Origin: Bdellovibrionota bacterium | GTDB lineage: Bacteria > Bdellovibrionota_C > UBA2361 > CAKMMH01 | Reading direction: 5' to 3' | Assembly: GCA_050952645.1 (NCBI GenBank) | Contig: JBMNLI010000004.1 | Coordinates: 1-56,861, forward strand | Length of the DNA: 56,861 nt | In this document: one piece after another, positions 19,660 to 29,336 of the stretch | Layout: each line of letters opens with the position of its first letter | How positions within the stretch are numbered: the stretch's first letter is position 1 | Translations under genes and position numbers: made by a program | Notes under the pieces: model-generated | What the model saw: only the letters and a program-made list of their open reading frames with translations | Database searches by the model: none | Told to the model about the DNA's origin: nothing

Positions 19660-21987
19660 TTAAGCTTCTTTTCTTCTGCTTTCTTCTTCTTTCTTTATTC
19701 TAGAATAATCTAAATAGTAAAGGTTAGCTTGGATATTGTCTGTATTAGAATATATATAAGTTAAGAAAAACTCGGTAATAGTAGCATTTCTTATAGCTAG
19801 CTCCTCACAAAGCCTTAATACTATATGAAGCCTATTAGAGTTTTCCTCTTCAAAACTTTCCCACCATTTTTTAGCACTCCCAGAGGTGTTGCTCCAATCT
19901 AACTTCTTTTTAGTGTCGAGAATTTTATCTTGTATTTGCTCGTCCGTCCAACCAGATATATCTGAAATGCCATCAGGAAGACCGCTAGAACTACCCTCAT
20001 TTGAATCTCCATAAAGTATCTCTGGGTCTTTTTCAATATACTCTATAGGCTTATCCCTTAATTTTACTACTATAGACTCAGAGTCCTCAATCTTCTTTCG
20101 CATCTCAGGAATTTTATAGTAAGGCGTTAAATAGCCTTGAAATACTGGAGTCCCTGGAACGAAAAAAGTATTTATATTGTCCGTTGGACGCCCTACCTCA
20201 TCTGGAGTAAGCACGGCTCTTTGCTGAACTTGCTCCTGCGTATTGTCGTTTTTACTAGCAAACATCTCAGTAAGCTTCTGGTTAGAACCCGAGGAAGAAG
20301 TGTTAAACCTAATGGTCATTTGCCCAGTTTCCTTTGAAGCCCATTCGGAGTCGACCATGTCTAAAGGTGGCATAAAGATTTTAGAGGTAAAACCTGCTAG
20401 CACAGAGTCTGCATCGTCGCCATAATTGGCCTTTACTTGAGCCGTCGATTGAATGGCTCCGACTATACTTATATTCCTAGAACGTAAAGTGTTTAACTTA
20501 ACATGAATATCTGGAAGCCTACCTAAAGCACTCGCAAACTCGTCTATTACTAGCCCTACGGGTCTTGGAAGCGTAACCTGAGGGCACTTTTCAGCATACT
20601 TAGTTAAGAACCTTAAAATCTCTACTATTATAACGTTCCCCATAGGCCTTAACATTTCAAGCTCAGACTCCCTAAGCTCCACTATAAGTAGTGTAGGTTC
20701 CTTAATAACTTGCTCTAAGTCTAACTCATCAAAAGCCGTAGTAGCCCTTATGGCTTTTAAATCCCACTGAGAAATACGCATACTAAGTTCAGATAAGATG
20801 GTGTCTGCATTTTGAGATCCGTTTCTTGCAAGCTCCACAAAGGTTCTAGTGTTTCTAATAGCCTCAGGATGAGCCTCAAGCCAATCGCAAAGCCCTTTCA
20901 TACCAGATTGCACTAACTCGTGAACTCTCGGCATAGAAAGAACCTCATCTGGGTCATGCAAAAGCCCTATCATTATAGCATTTAAAACGGCTAGAGCGTT
21001 AGTTCTAAAAAACGGACTATCGGATTTTGCACTCGGATTATCCGTCGCCATAATAAGAGTGTTAGCTATCAGCTTAGCGTCCGTATCATCTTCAATCTTA
21101 CTTAAAATATTCCAGCTTAAGCCCCTCTCCGTATCTAATGGATTAAATAAAAGAATTTTTCTATCTGGATTATATTTTTTAGAAAGCCCTGCAAGCTTCG
21201 ACCACATCTCAGGCTTAGAGTCTAAAATAATAACGGACCTATTCGGACTCATTACATCGTTGTAAAGTATTGGTAAAATAAGCTTTGTAGTCTTACCACC
21301 ACCAGTTTTTGATACCGCTAATATGTGCCTATTTCTATCTCCATTTGCCCATATGATATGCCCTTGCTTTAACACTACACCATCACTTCCCCTAAGGTTC
21401 GTTACGGGAAGAGCAGTGTCGGTTCTAGGGTCTTTTGGTTTAGTCCACTCTAAAATTTGAGCCCTGTTAGCTAAGTCCCCAGAGCCAAGCTCATTGCTTT
21501 TTGATCGCATCGGTCTTTGAAGTTGCTTTTCGCCTAAAAGCTCACTAATATCTAATTTAAAAGCCGCTTCAACACCACCTTCTCTTAAAGTAGTTCTGAA
21601 AAAATATATAAGCCAAAAAAGATACGTATAAAATCCAAAAGCTATAATCTCTTCAATCACTACACGCTTTTCTTTAGCTCCTACGAGAATATAAAAAATT
21701 GGCTCTAAAATAGATGCACTCGGTGTTTCACTAGTGCCATTAGCTATCCTTTCTAAGATGCTAGTAATATCTTTAGATATCTTATCTCCATTAAATGCTA
21801 TCGCAGCACAGATTGCAAGTAGTATAAGCCCTATAACGCCAGGGATTTTGCTAGCTAGCTTGCTTCTTTTAAATTGAATTACTATGCAAGCTATAGCTAG
21901 AGGAAGAAGAATAAAAACGCCTACAAGCTCTAGATGCACATAAAATTGAACAAATTTTAATATAAAACTTTCTATTATTAAAAACAT
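19660..21987 (-). CDS. virD4: type IV secretion coupling protein (VirD4/TraG family ATPase) with extra C-terminal domain
   Basis: N-terminal TM helices; Walker A SKTGGGKT; ILDSKPE; FNPLD; Walker B LVIDEFA; LRSRNISIVGAIQSTAQVKANYG; QRAVLTPDEV. Confidence 0.88.
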   Translation of the reverse strand: MFLIIESFILKFVQFYVHLELVGVFILLPLAIACIVIQFKRSKLASKIPGVIGLILLAICAAIAFNGDKISKDITSILERIANGTSETPSASILEPIFYILVGAKEKRVVIEEIIAFGFYTYLFWLIYFFRTTLREGGVEAAFKLDISELLGEKQLQRPMRSKSNELGSGDLANRAQILEWTKPKDPRTDTALPVTNLRGSDGVVLKQGHIIWANGDRNRHILAVSKTGGGKTTKLILPILYNDVMSPNRSVIILDSKPEMWSKLAGLSKKYNPDRKILLFNPLDTERGLSWNILSKIEDDTDAKLIANTLIMATDNPSAKSDSPFFRTNALAVLNAIMIGLLHDPDEVLSMPRVHELVQSGMKGLCDWLEAHPEAIRNTRTFVELARNGSQNADTILSELSMRISQWDLKAIRATTAFDELDLEQVIKEPTLLIVELRESELEMLRPMGNVIIVEILRFLTKYAEKCPQVTLPRPVGLVIDEFASALGRLPDIHVKLNTLRSRNISIVGAIQSTAQVKANYGDDADSVLAGFTSKIFMPPLDMVDSEWASKETGQMTIRFNTSSSGSNQKLTEMFASKNDNTQEQVQQRAVLTPDEVGRPTDNINTFFVPGTPVFQGYLTPYYKIPEMRKKIEDSESIVVKLRDKPIEYIEKDPEILYGDSNEGSSSGLPDGISDISGWTDEQIQDKILDTKKKLDWSNTSGSAKKWWESFEEENSNRLHIVLRLCEELAIRNATITEFFLTYIYSNTDNIQANLYYLDYSRIKKEEESRRKEA

Positions 21988-22536
21988 TTTCTAAATATCT
22001 AAATAAAAAATTTTTTTAAGACAATTTTCTTATATTTTTTATACAAAATTAATACCATAATATCAAATAATACTTTATTGTTAAAGTGATATATTGTTAA
22101 AGTATATTGTTAAAGTAATATATTATTTAAGTATAATATTATTAAAGTTAAAATTAAAAATTATAAAATAATTTATTATTTTTTTTACATATTGCTACAA
22201 TTAGTTTCTTTATTTAGTTTCTTTTATGTTTTATATTTTATCTTGTATATAAAGAAACATAATTACATAGTCGGAAGAATTTATAAAAAACTATATACGT
22301 AAATTATAACATTAAATGCTTTTTTGACATAAAAAATGGTAGCGTAATATTTAGCATTTTTCTTTATAAACCATTGTTTTAAACTAAAAATAAATTATAT
22401 AAAAAAAGTAGTTATAAAGGTTTGTAGTTAAAATTTTATGTTATATACTGTATATGCACTTTAAATATTAGTCTTAAATATTAGACTTAAATATTAAATG
22501 GTTTAATATTTTAAATTTTCTATTGGATAAATTTTT

Positions 22537-23259
22537 ATGAAAAAAATATTTTCTTATTTTTATTTAGTTTTTATTAGTATATTTTTTAGCTTATTTTTAA
22601 CTTTTAATTTTCTAAATGTTTCTAAATGTTTCGCAGAAAATTCAGATAGGATAAATTCAGATATCATAAATTCAGATATCATAAATTCAGATAGCATATT
22701 AGATAAAGTTCAGAATAATTATAAAAATATAAAAACTATTATCGCTACATTTAACCAACACTCGCACTCCGAGGCGCTAGGAGAGGATGAAAAAAGTAGT
22801 GGGGTTTTTAAAGCGTTAATCCCTAATAATATAAAAGTAGAATATAAAATGCCTAAAAGCCAAGTTTATTTAATCACAGATAAAGAGCTAACTTTTATAA
22901 ACGATAGCGATATGCAAGTAGTAAAAGATAACGCAGACGTCGTGCTAAAATCAAAAGTGCCATTAACGTTTTTAGCTGGTGTTGGAGATGTTAGAAAAGA
23001 TTTTAAAATTCTAAAAATAAATATAGAAAAAGATGCTTACAAGTTTGATTTAGAACCTAAAGATGAGGGAGAAATTGAAAGTTTAAGCTTATGGATAGAT
23101 AAGAAAGCTATGATAGTAAATAAACTTTTCGTAAAAGAGTTAGGGGCTAATACGATTCTATTTGAACTTTCAGATATAGTAGTAAATAAAAATGTTTCAG
23201 ATAAAGATTTTAAAATTGATATCCCTAAAGGGTACGATTTAATCGATAATAGAAATTAA
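22537..23259 (+). CDS. lolA: outer-membrane lipoprotein carrier protein
   Basis: signal peptide; ATFNQ...SSGVF...P..IKVEY..P..Q; C-terminal FKIDIPKGYDLID; upstream of rimO. Confidence 0.8.
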   Translation: MKKIFSYFYLVFISIFFSLFLTFNFLNVSKCFAENSDRINSDIINSDIINSDSILDKVQNNYKNIKTIIATFNQHSHSEALGEDEKSSGVFKALIPNNIKVEYKMPKSQVYLITDKELTFINDSDMQVVKDNADVVLKSKVPLTFLAGVGDVRKDFKILKINIEKDAYKFDLEPKDEGEIESLSLWIDKKAMIVNKLFVKELGANTILFELSDIVVNKNVSDKDFKIDIPKGYDLIDNRN

Positions 23260-23295
23260 AACGCATAAAGAATCCTTTTTTTAAAAAAGAATAAA

Positions 23296-24651
23296 ATGTA
23301 TAAAGAGTTTTCAGTTATAACATTAGGATGTGCTAAAAATGAGGTAGATACAGAGTTTATTATAGGGATAATGAAAGAGGCAGGCTTTGAATATAAGGAA
23401 GATTTAGAAAGTGCAAACATTATTATAATAAACTCATGTGCCTTTTTAGAAAGTAGTGTTAATGAGAGTATCGATGCAGTTTTAAGTGTAAGCGGCTTAA
23501 AAAAAAGTGCGAAATTAAAAACCCTAGTTCTTACTGGTTGTTTAGTCCATAGATATAAAATGGATTTATTTAAAGAACTTCCTGAGGTAGATATTTTTTT
23601 AAGCACTGAAAAAATATCTAAACTTCCAAGCCTTTTAAAAGAAAATAAAAAAGGTGTAATCTTTAAAAATTTTGAAACTTTCTTAGGAGATGAAAAACTT
23701 CCTAGAGTAATCACTAAGCCTTTGTCGTTTGCGTATATAAAAATAGCTGAAGGGTGTAATCATAAATGCGCCTATTGCACTATACCTGCAATAAAAGGAA
23801 AGCTTAGAAGTAGAAGTATTCTTTCTATAGTTAAAGAAGCTAGAAAACTCGTAAATAAAGGAGTTAGAGAGATAAATTTAATTGCGCAAGACCTTAGCTC
23901 TTATGGGAGTGATTTAAACGATGGCACTAATTTAAATTTGCTTATAGATGCTCTCCATGAAGAAAATTTCCGCTGTAAGTTTAGAGTCTTGTATTTATAC
24001 CCTACGGGAATTAACGATGGGTTATTAAAAAGGCTCTCTACGTACGATGATTTTTGTAGCTATATCGATTTGCCTTTGCAACATTCGAGTGAAAGCGTTC
24101 TAAAAGCTATGCTTAGACCTGTAGGTAAATTTTCTTCAAAAAATATAGTGGAAAAAATAAAAACTAAATATCCGCAAATCGCCATTAGAACTACTTTTAT
24201 AGTAGGCTTTCCAAATGAAAGCAAAGAAGATGTAAAAGACTTAGAAGAGTTCGTTTCAAAAGGATATTTTTCGAGTATGGGAGTTTTCGCATACTCTTTT
24301 GAAGAGGGGAGCGTTGCGTTTGAAAATTTTCCTAATTTTAAATTAGATAAAAAGCGAGTTAAAAAAGATAAGAAAGCAGTAGAGATAGCTTGGCAAAAAA
24401 CTAGATTAAAAGAGCTAAAAGCTTTAAAGGGTAAAACGTTAAAGATATTACTAGAAGGGTATCATAGCGAAACGGATATGATTTTAGTCGGAAGAACCGA
24501 GTTCCAAGCCCCGGAGGTCGATGGTAAAGTGCTTATAACTGAAGCTTTGCTAGATAAAGAAGATATAAAATTCGGGGAGTTTTATACGGTTAAGGTAAAA
24601 AATAACATCGGGTTTGATTTAGAAGCTTGCCTTTTATCGAGATGTGAGTAG
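23296..24651 (+). CDS. rimO: ribosomal protein uS12 methylthiotransferase
   Basis: LGCAKNEVD, NSCAFL, GCL; radical SAM EGCNHKCAYCTIP; YLYP; GRTEFQAPEVDG. Confidence 0.95.
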   Translation: MYKEFSVITLGCAKNEVDTEFIIGIMKEAGFEYKEDLESANIIIINSCAFLESSVNESIDAVLSVSGLKKSAKLKTLVLTGCLVHRYKMDLFKELPEVDIFLSTEKISKLPSLLKENKKGVIFKNFETFLGDEKLPRVITKPLSFAYIKIAEGCNHKCAYCTIPAIKGKLRSRSILSIVKEARKLVNKGVREINLIAQDLSSYGSDLNDGTNLNLLIDALHEENFRCKFRVLYLYPTGINDGLLKRLSTYDDFCSYIDLPLQHSSESVLKAMLRPVGKFSSKNIVEKIKTKYPQIAIRTTFIVGFPNESKEDVKDLEEFVSKGYFSSMGVFAYSFEEGSVAFENFPNFKLDKKRVKKDKKAVEIAWQKTRLKELKALKGKTLKILLEGYHSETDMILVGRTEFQAPEVDGKVLITEALLDKEDIKFGEFYTVKVKNNIGFDLEACLLSRCE

Positions 24652-25023
24652 CTTTTTTTGTAGAGAGTTTAGCGTTTTTATGTAAGTTTAAGTAAGTTTA
24701 TATTAGTTTTTTGGCGTTAAAATAGCTTGAGAAAGTAGTAGTTTTGATATAATATAATAAGGTATCTTTTATAAGATAGTTTTTTTAGTTTATAGCAAAA
24801 GATATTTGCTAAGTGCGTGTTTGCTAAGTGCGTGCGGTATCGTAAATATTTATTGCGTGCTAAGTATTTGTTGTATATACATTTATGCGTTTGTAGTTAT
24901 GCGTGTAGTTTTATGCATACAGTTTATGCATAGTAGTTTAAGCATATATAGTTTAAACGAAAAGTCTTTTTAAAAAGCCTTTAATTTTAGATAAACTATT
25001 TTATATTATAAAAGTAGGGTATT

Positions 25024-25770
25024 ATGAGAAAAGCTATAGTAGAAAAAATTGCGCAAGTAGGTTTTGCAGGTGTTGTAGCTGACGAACTTATTTTGGCTAT
25101 AAATGATTTTATAGAGGAAAAGGGGAGTTGTTCCCTAGTTTTAGCTGGTGGGAAAACTCCAGCTTCGATATATAGAAGTTTATCGGTTCCTCCTAGGCGT
25201 GATGAGATAAATTGGAAAAAAGTAAAGTTGTTTTTAGACGATGAAAGGTTCGTTCCTTTCGAGCACGATCAAAATAACTATAAAATGGTGCATAAAACTC
25301 TAGTTAGCAAGCTTCCGCATAAGCCTGAAATAGTAAAAATAGATACGGACAATCTAACGATAGAAGAATCTTATAAAAAATATAAGGAAGATATAAAAAA
25401 GAGCATGAAATTAAATGAGGGGGAGCTTCCAGTATTCGATTTAGTTTTACTTGGAATTGGAAAAGACGGGTTTACGGCGTCTATCTTCCCTGGAACTGAG
25501 CTTCCAGAGAAAGAAAAGGAGATTTGTTATATAGTCGATGAGTCTGAGCGATGTGCTTATAAACGAGTGACGCTTTCATCGCACGTTCTTTTTGGCGCAA
25601 GAAAGATATTTTTTATCGCTTGCGATGAGGCTAAAGCAGAGATAGTTCAAAAAGTTTTAGAGGGAGATTATACCCCTAAAGAAATTCCTGTAATGTTATA
25701 TAAGAATGTAGAAGATAAAGTGACGTTTTTCTTAGGCGGCGCCGCTTCTATGCTTTTAAAAGATCATTAG
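25024..25770 (+). CDS. pgl: 6-phosphogluconolactonase (DevB/Pgl family)
   Basis: LAGGKTP, DERFVP, FDLVLLGIGKDGFTASIFPG, RVTLS. Confidence 0.88.
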   Translation: MRKAIVEKIAQVGFAGVVADELILAINDFIEEKGSCSLVLAGGKTPASIYRSLSVPPRRDEINWKKVKLFLDDERFVPFEHDQNNYKMVHKTLVSKLPHKPEIVKIDTDNLTIEESYKKYKEDIKKSMKLNEGELPVFDLVLLGIGKDGFTASIFPGTELPEKEKEICYIVDESERCAYKRVTLSSHVLFGARKIFFIACDEAKAEIVQKVLEGDYTPKEIPVMLYKNVEDKVTFFLGGAASMLLKDH

Positions 25771-25858
25771 CATTAAAAAGAATATCGATTAAATTTTAAC
25801 TTAAAAATAATTTATAAGAATAATTTATAAAAGTAATTAAAAGGAGTATTATAAAAAA

Positions 25859-25984
25859 ATGGGAAAAGGCGATAGTAAAACGAGAAGAGGAAAAATTTTT
25901 AAAGGTAGTTATGGTAATGCTAGACCAAAGACTAAAGGAGAAGCTACAAAAGTAGATAATCAAGAAAAAGCTAAGAAGAAGTAA
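25859..25984 (+). CDS. 30S ribosomal protein THX (bS31)
   Basis: MGKGDSKTRRGKIFKGSYGNARPK..., 41 aa, AAGGAG RBS at 25841-25846; too short for the ORF track. Confidence 0.9.
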   Translation: MGKGDSKTRRGKIFKGSYGNARPKTKGEATKVDNQEKAKKK

Positions 25985-26269
25985 TTATTTTATTAAAGTT
26001 TAATTTTAATAAATTTAGAGAGATAGGCTAGGCGAGAGATTAAAAGAAAAAGGGAAAGATTTGAGGGGTTTTTGCCTTTTTGTTTTAGACTTTTGTTAAG
26101 TTTTAATATTTAGGTTTTATTTAAAGATATAATACGTTTTAAGGTGCAATATTTAAGTTGAAATATTTAAACTAGAATATTTTAACTAGAATATTTAAAT
26201 AGTAATGTTTAAGCTAGAATGTTTAAGCTAAAATATTTAAACAAGTAATGTTTAAGCCTGTGATATCCT

Positions 26270-26590
26270 TTAAGCTATTATATCTAATTGCTGAACGTAG
26301 TGCTTGTCATTTTTCTTTTTCTTTTCTTTACCCGTTAGCTCTTGATTTTCATCATCTTCTCCAAAGGCTTTTTCGGTTCTTCTGTTTGAGTATTGAATGC
26401 CATCTTTTCTTTGTGAGCCAAGAGCGGTAGCACTTTGACTAGCCATATTTACAGACGTGGTATCTCTAGTGTAATCTTGTGTTTTAGATAGTTTTTGGTT
26501 AGTTTGGCTAACTTGTGCATCGTTTGAAGCCTGATTTGAAACTATAGGTGAAACGCCTATAGATATGTAATTATTTATAGGAGAAACCAT
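26270..26590 (-). CDS. hypothetical small hydrophilic protein
   Basis: ATG-started 106-aa ORF, polar composition, ends LDIIA. Confidence 0.65.
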   Translation of the reverse strand: MVSPINNYISIGVSPIVSNQASNDAQVSQTNQKLSKTQDYTRDTTSVNMASQSATALGSQRKDGIQYSNRRTEKAFGEDDENQELTGKEKKKKNDKHYVQQLDIIA

Positions 26591-26822
26591 TTTAATTTTT
26601 TTTTAAATTTAATACTTATTAAAAAACGTTGTTTTAGAAACTTATGCGTTTTACATACTATGTCGTCATTTTTTATAAAGGCTTTAGGTTTTGAAGCTTT
26701 TTTAAAAATTGATGTTTTTCTTAATAATTAAATTTAGGGGGAATTAGTAAGTTAGTAAAAAGTTAATAAAATAAGATGGTTTAGAAAAAAAGAGTGTAAA
26801 AAAATAGGGAAAATATCGAAAA

Positions 26823-27548
26823 ATGAAATTTAAATTTTTTAGTAGCGAGAAAAAGAATAACAAAAATAATGAATATGCAAAGCTAGAAGAAAGTCTTGGA
26901 TATAAATTTAAAGATAAATCGAAACTAGAAAGGGCTTTAACGCATCGTTCTCTCCATCAAAAAGGTGTAAATGATGATTATGAAAGGAGTGAGTTTTTAG
27001 GAGATGCGGTTTTAGATTTAGTTATAGGAGATTTGCTATTAAAAAAACATAAAAATGCTTCTGAGGGAGATTTATCAAAATTAAGAGCGGCTCTAGTTAA
27101 TTATAAATCGCTTGCTAAAATTGCTTGCAAGTTAAATATTGGTGATTACGTAAAACTTAGCAAGGCTGAAAAGGCTAATAATGGGCAAGAAAAACCGTCG
27201 ATTTTATCGGACGTAGTCGAGGCGATAATCGGGGCTATATATTACGAGGCAGGCTTTGAAGTAGTCTTTGATGTTATAAAAAAACTTTTTGAAGATGAGT
27301 TTAAGTGCGTGAAGCCTTTCGACCCTAAAACGGAGCTTCAAGAGATACTCCATGCTACTACTACGGATGTAGCTGAATATAAACTAGTCGATGCTAAAGG
27401 TCCAGAACACGCTAGAATATTTATAACCGAGGTATGCATCGGAGGAAAATCTTTAGGGCGTGGAAAAGGCACTACTAAAAAAGAATCCCAGCAAAATGCT
27501 GCAAAAGAAGCCTTAGAATATTTTAAAAAGAAATCTGTTAAAGAGTAG
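26823..27548 (+). CDS. rnc: ribonuclease III
   Basis: ALTHRS, ERSEFLGDAVL, DVVEAIIGAIY, dsRBD DPKTELQE...GPEH..F. Confidence 0.97.
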   Translation: MKFKFFSSEKKNNKNNEYAKLEESLGYKFKDKSKLERALTHRSLHQKGVNDDYERSEFLGDAVLDLVIGDLLLKKHKNASEGDLSKLRAALVNYKSLAKIACKLNIGDYVKLSKAEKANNGQEKPSILSDVVEAIIGAIYYEAGFEVVFDVIKKLFEDEFKCVKPFDPKTELQEILHATTTDVAEYKLVDAKGPEHARIFITEVCIGGKSLGRGKGTTKKESQQNAAKEALEYFKKKSVKE

Positions 27549-27728
27549 TTTTAAGTGTTAGCTTGATAATAAATTTAGTTCTCCTAGGTGTTTTAGGCGT
27601 TTTAAGGCGTTTAAAGGCGTTTCGTTTGCTAGGTGATGCTAATTTTTTTTAGAGCTTTGTTGCCCTCATCTTTAAAAGATTTTTAAACTTAAAGAACTAG
27701 AATCTTATAAAAAATTAGGAAAAATAAA

Positions 27729-29102
27729 ATGGGAAAATTTATACCAAAAATTGCTATTATAGGAAGAACTAATGTAGGAAAATCTACGCTATTTAATGCG
27801 ATAGCGGGAAGAAGAATAGCAATAGTAGAGGATGCCCCTGGGGTTACTAGAGATAGGGCTTATGCCATGGTAAATATGCAAGGGTTTACATTTAATTTAA
27901 TAGACACTGGGGGGCTAGTAGGCGATGAAAAAGACGATTTTCAAACGGATATTTCGGAGCAAGCAAGAATTGCTATCTCTCAAGCAGATGCTATATTAGC
28001 TGTTTTTGATGGGAAAGTAGGGGTGCATCCTCTAGATAGAGAGGTTGTAAAGTCGCTCTATGGAGTGAAAAAGCCTGTAATTTGGGTAATAAATAAGTGT
28101 GAAAAAGAGTCGGATGCACTTTCTGCAACAGATTTTTATTCTTTAGGGATAGATAGTTATATATGTATAAGTGCTGCGCATAATATTGGTGTAAGAGAGG
28201 TTATAGCGGAAGTTAAAACGTATTTCGATAAGAAAATTTTAGAAAATGAAAATATAGAAGATAACTCTATAAGAGTTGCTGTTGTAGGGAAACCTAATGC
28301 TGGAAAATCTACTCTAATAAATTTATTAGTAGGTGAAAAAAGACTTATCACATCTGAAATCTCAGGAACTACTAGAGATAGTATAGAGGTAAATGTAAAA
28401 TCAAAAGGGCAAGATTATATTTTAATCGATACTGCTGGGCTAAGAAAAAAAGCAAAGGTTGAAGATGGCACCGTTGAAGAGTATGGAACTATTCGCTCGA
28501 TAGAGGCTCTAGCTAATGCAGATGTAGCGATTTTGCTTTTAGATGCTAGTCAAAAAAAAGTTGCAACCTCTCAAGATCAAAAAATAGCTGGGCTTATTCA
28601 CGATAGGGGAATTCCTTTTATTATAGCAGTTAACAAGTGGGATTTAGTAGAAAAGGATCATAAGACCGTTAAAGAGTTTGAAAAAGATATTTATGATATT
28701 TTTAAGTTTGCTAGATACGTTCCTATTATATATATTTCTGCGACTCAAGGGAAAAGGTGTGCAAAGCTTCTTCCTAAAGCAAAAGAGGTTTACGAAAATG
28801 CTAGACATAGAATAACTACAGGAACGCTCAATAGGGTTATAAATAATGCTTTTAGCAAGCGTCCACCTACGCCATATAGAGGGCAAATTATTAAGGTATA
28901 TTTTTCAACTCAAATTTCAGTAGCTCCTCCTACGTTTGTTATATTTGTAAACCATCCAAAGAGTTTGCACTTTTCATATTTAAGGTATATTAAAAACGAG
29001 ATAAGAAATGAATTTTCTTTTGAAGGCTCTAATATAAAAGTTATAGTTAGAAAGCGAAATGAAAAGGGAGAAGATGATAACTTAGAGGTTGTAGAAGGGT
29101 AA
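27729..29102 (+). CDS. der: ribosome biogenesis GTPase Der
   Basis: two G domains (GRTNVGKS/DTGG/NKCE; GKPNAGKS/DTAG/NKWD) plus KH-like PPTFVIFVN. Confidence 0.97.
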   Translation: MGKFIPKIAIIGRTNVGKSTLFNAIAGRRIAIVEDAPGVTRDRAYAMVNMQGFTFNLIDTGGLVGDEKDDFQTDISEQARIAISQADAILAVFDGKVGVHPLDREVVKSLYGVKKPVIWVINKCEKESDALSATDFYSLGIDSYICISAAHNIGVREVIAEVKTYFDKKILENENIEDNSIRVAVVGKPNAGKSTLINLLVGEKRLITSEISGTTRDSIEVNVKSKGQDYILIDTAGLRKKAKVEDGTVEEYGTIRSIEALANADVAILLLDASQKKVATSQDQKIAGLIHDRGIPFIIAVNKWDLVEKDHKTVKEFEKDIYDIFKFARYVPIIYISATQGKRCAKLLPKAKEVYENARHRITTGTLNRVINNAFSKRPPTPYRGQIIKVYFSTQISVAPPTFVIFVNHPKSLHFSYLRYIKNEIRNEFSFEGSNIKVIVRKRNEKGEDDNLEVVEG

Positions 29103-29204
29103 GATGCGTATTTACTAAGGAACAACAAATACCAGTCTTAGGCTAAGTTTTAACTCTTAAAAAACATAGTATACGTATAACAAGAAAAAGTTTGGGTTTA
29201 ATTA
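29102..29204. mobile_element. MITE-like family 1, right half
   Basis: acaaataccagtcttaggctaagttt...ctcttaaaaaacatagtatacgta.aacaag shared with 19384-19487. Confidence 0.7.
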
Positions 29205-29336
29205 TTTAGGTAGGTTATGTAATAAAAAAAATTTTATACGTAAGATTTTATACGTAAGGTAGAGAAAATTTAGGAAAATTATTTAGCAAAATTTTATAGA
29301 TTTTCTTTTCTTTTTTTTTCTTTTCTTTTCTTTTCT

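Noticed and set aside
11585..22536. Intact integrative conjugative element
   Set aside because: No integrase, relaxase, VirB4, att repeats or cargo genes visible
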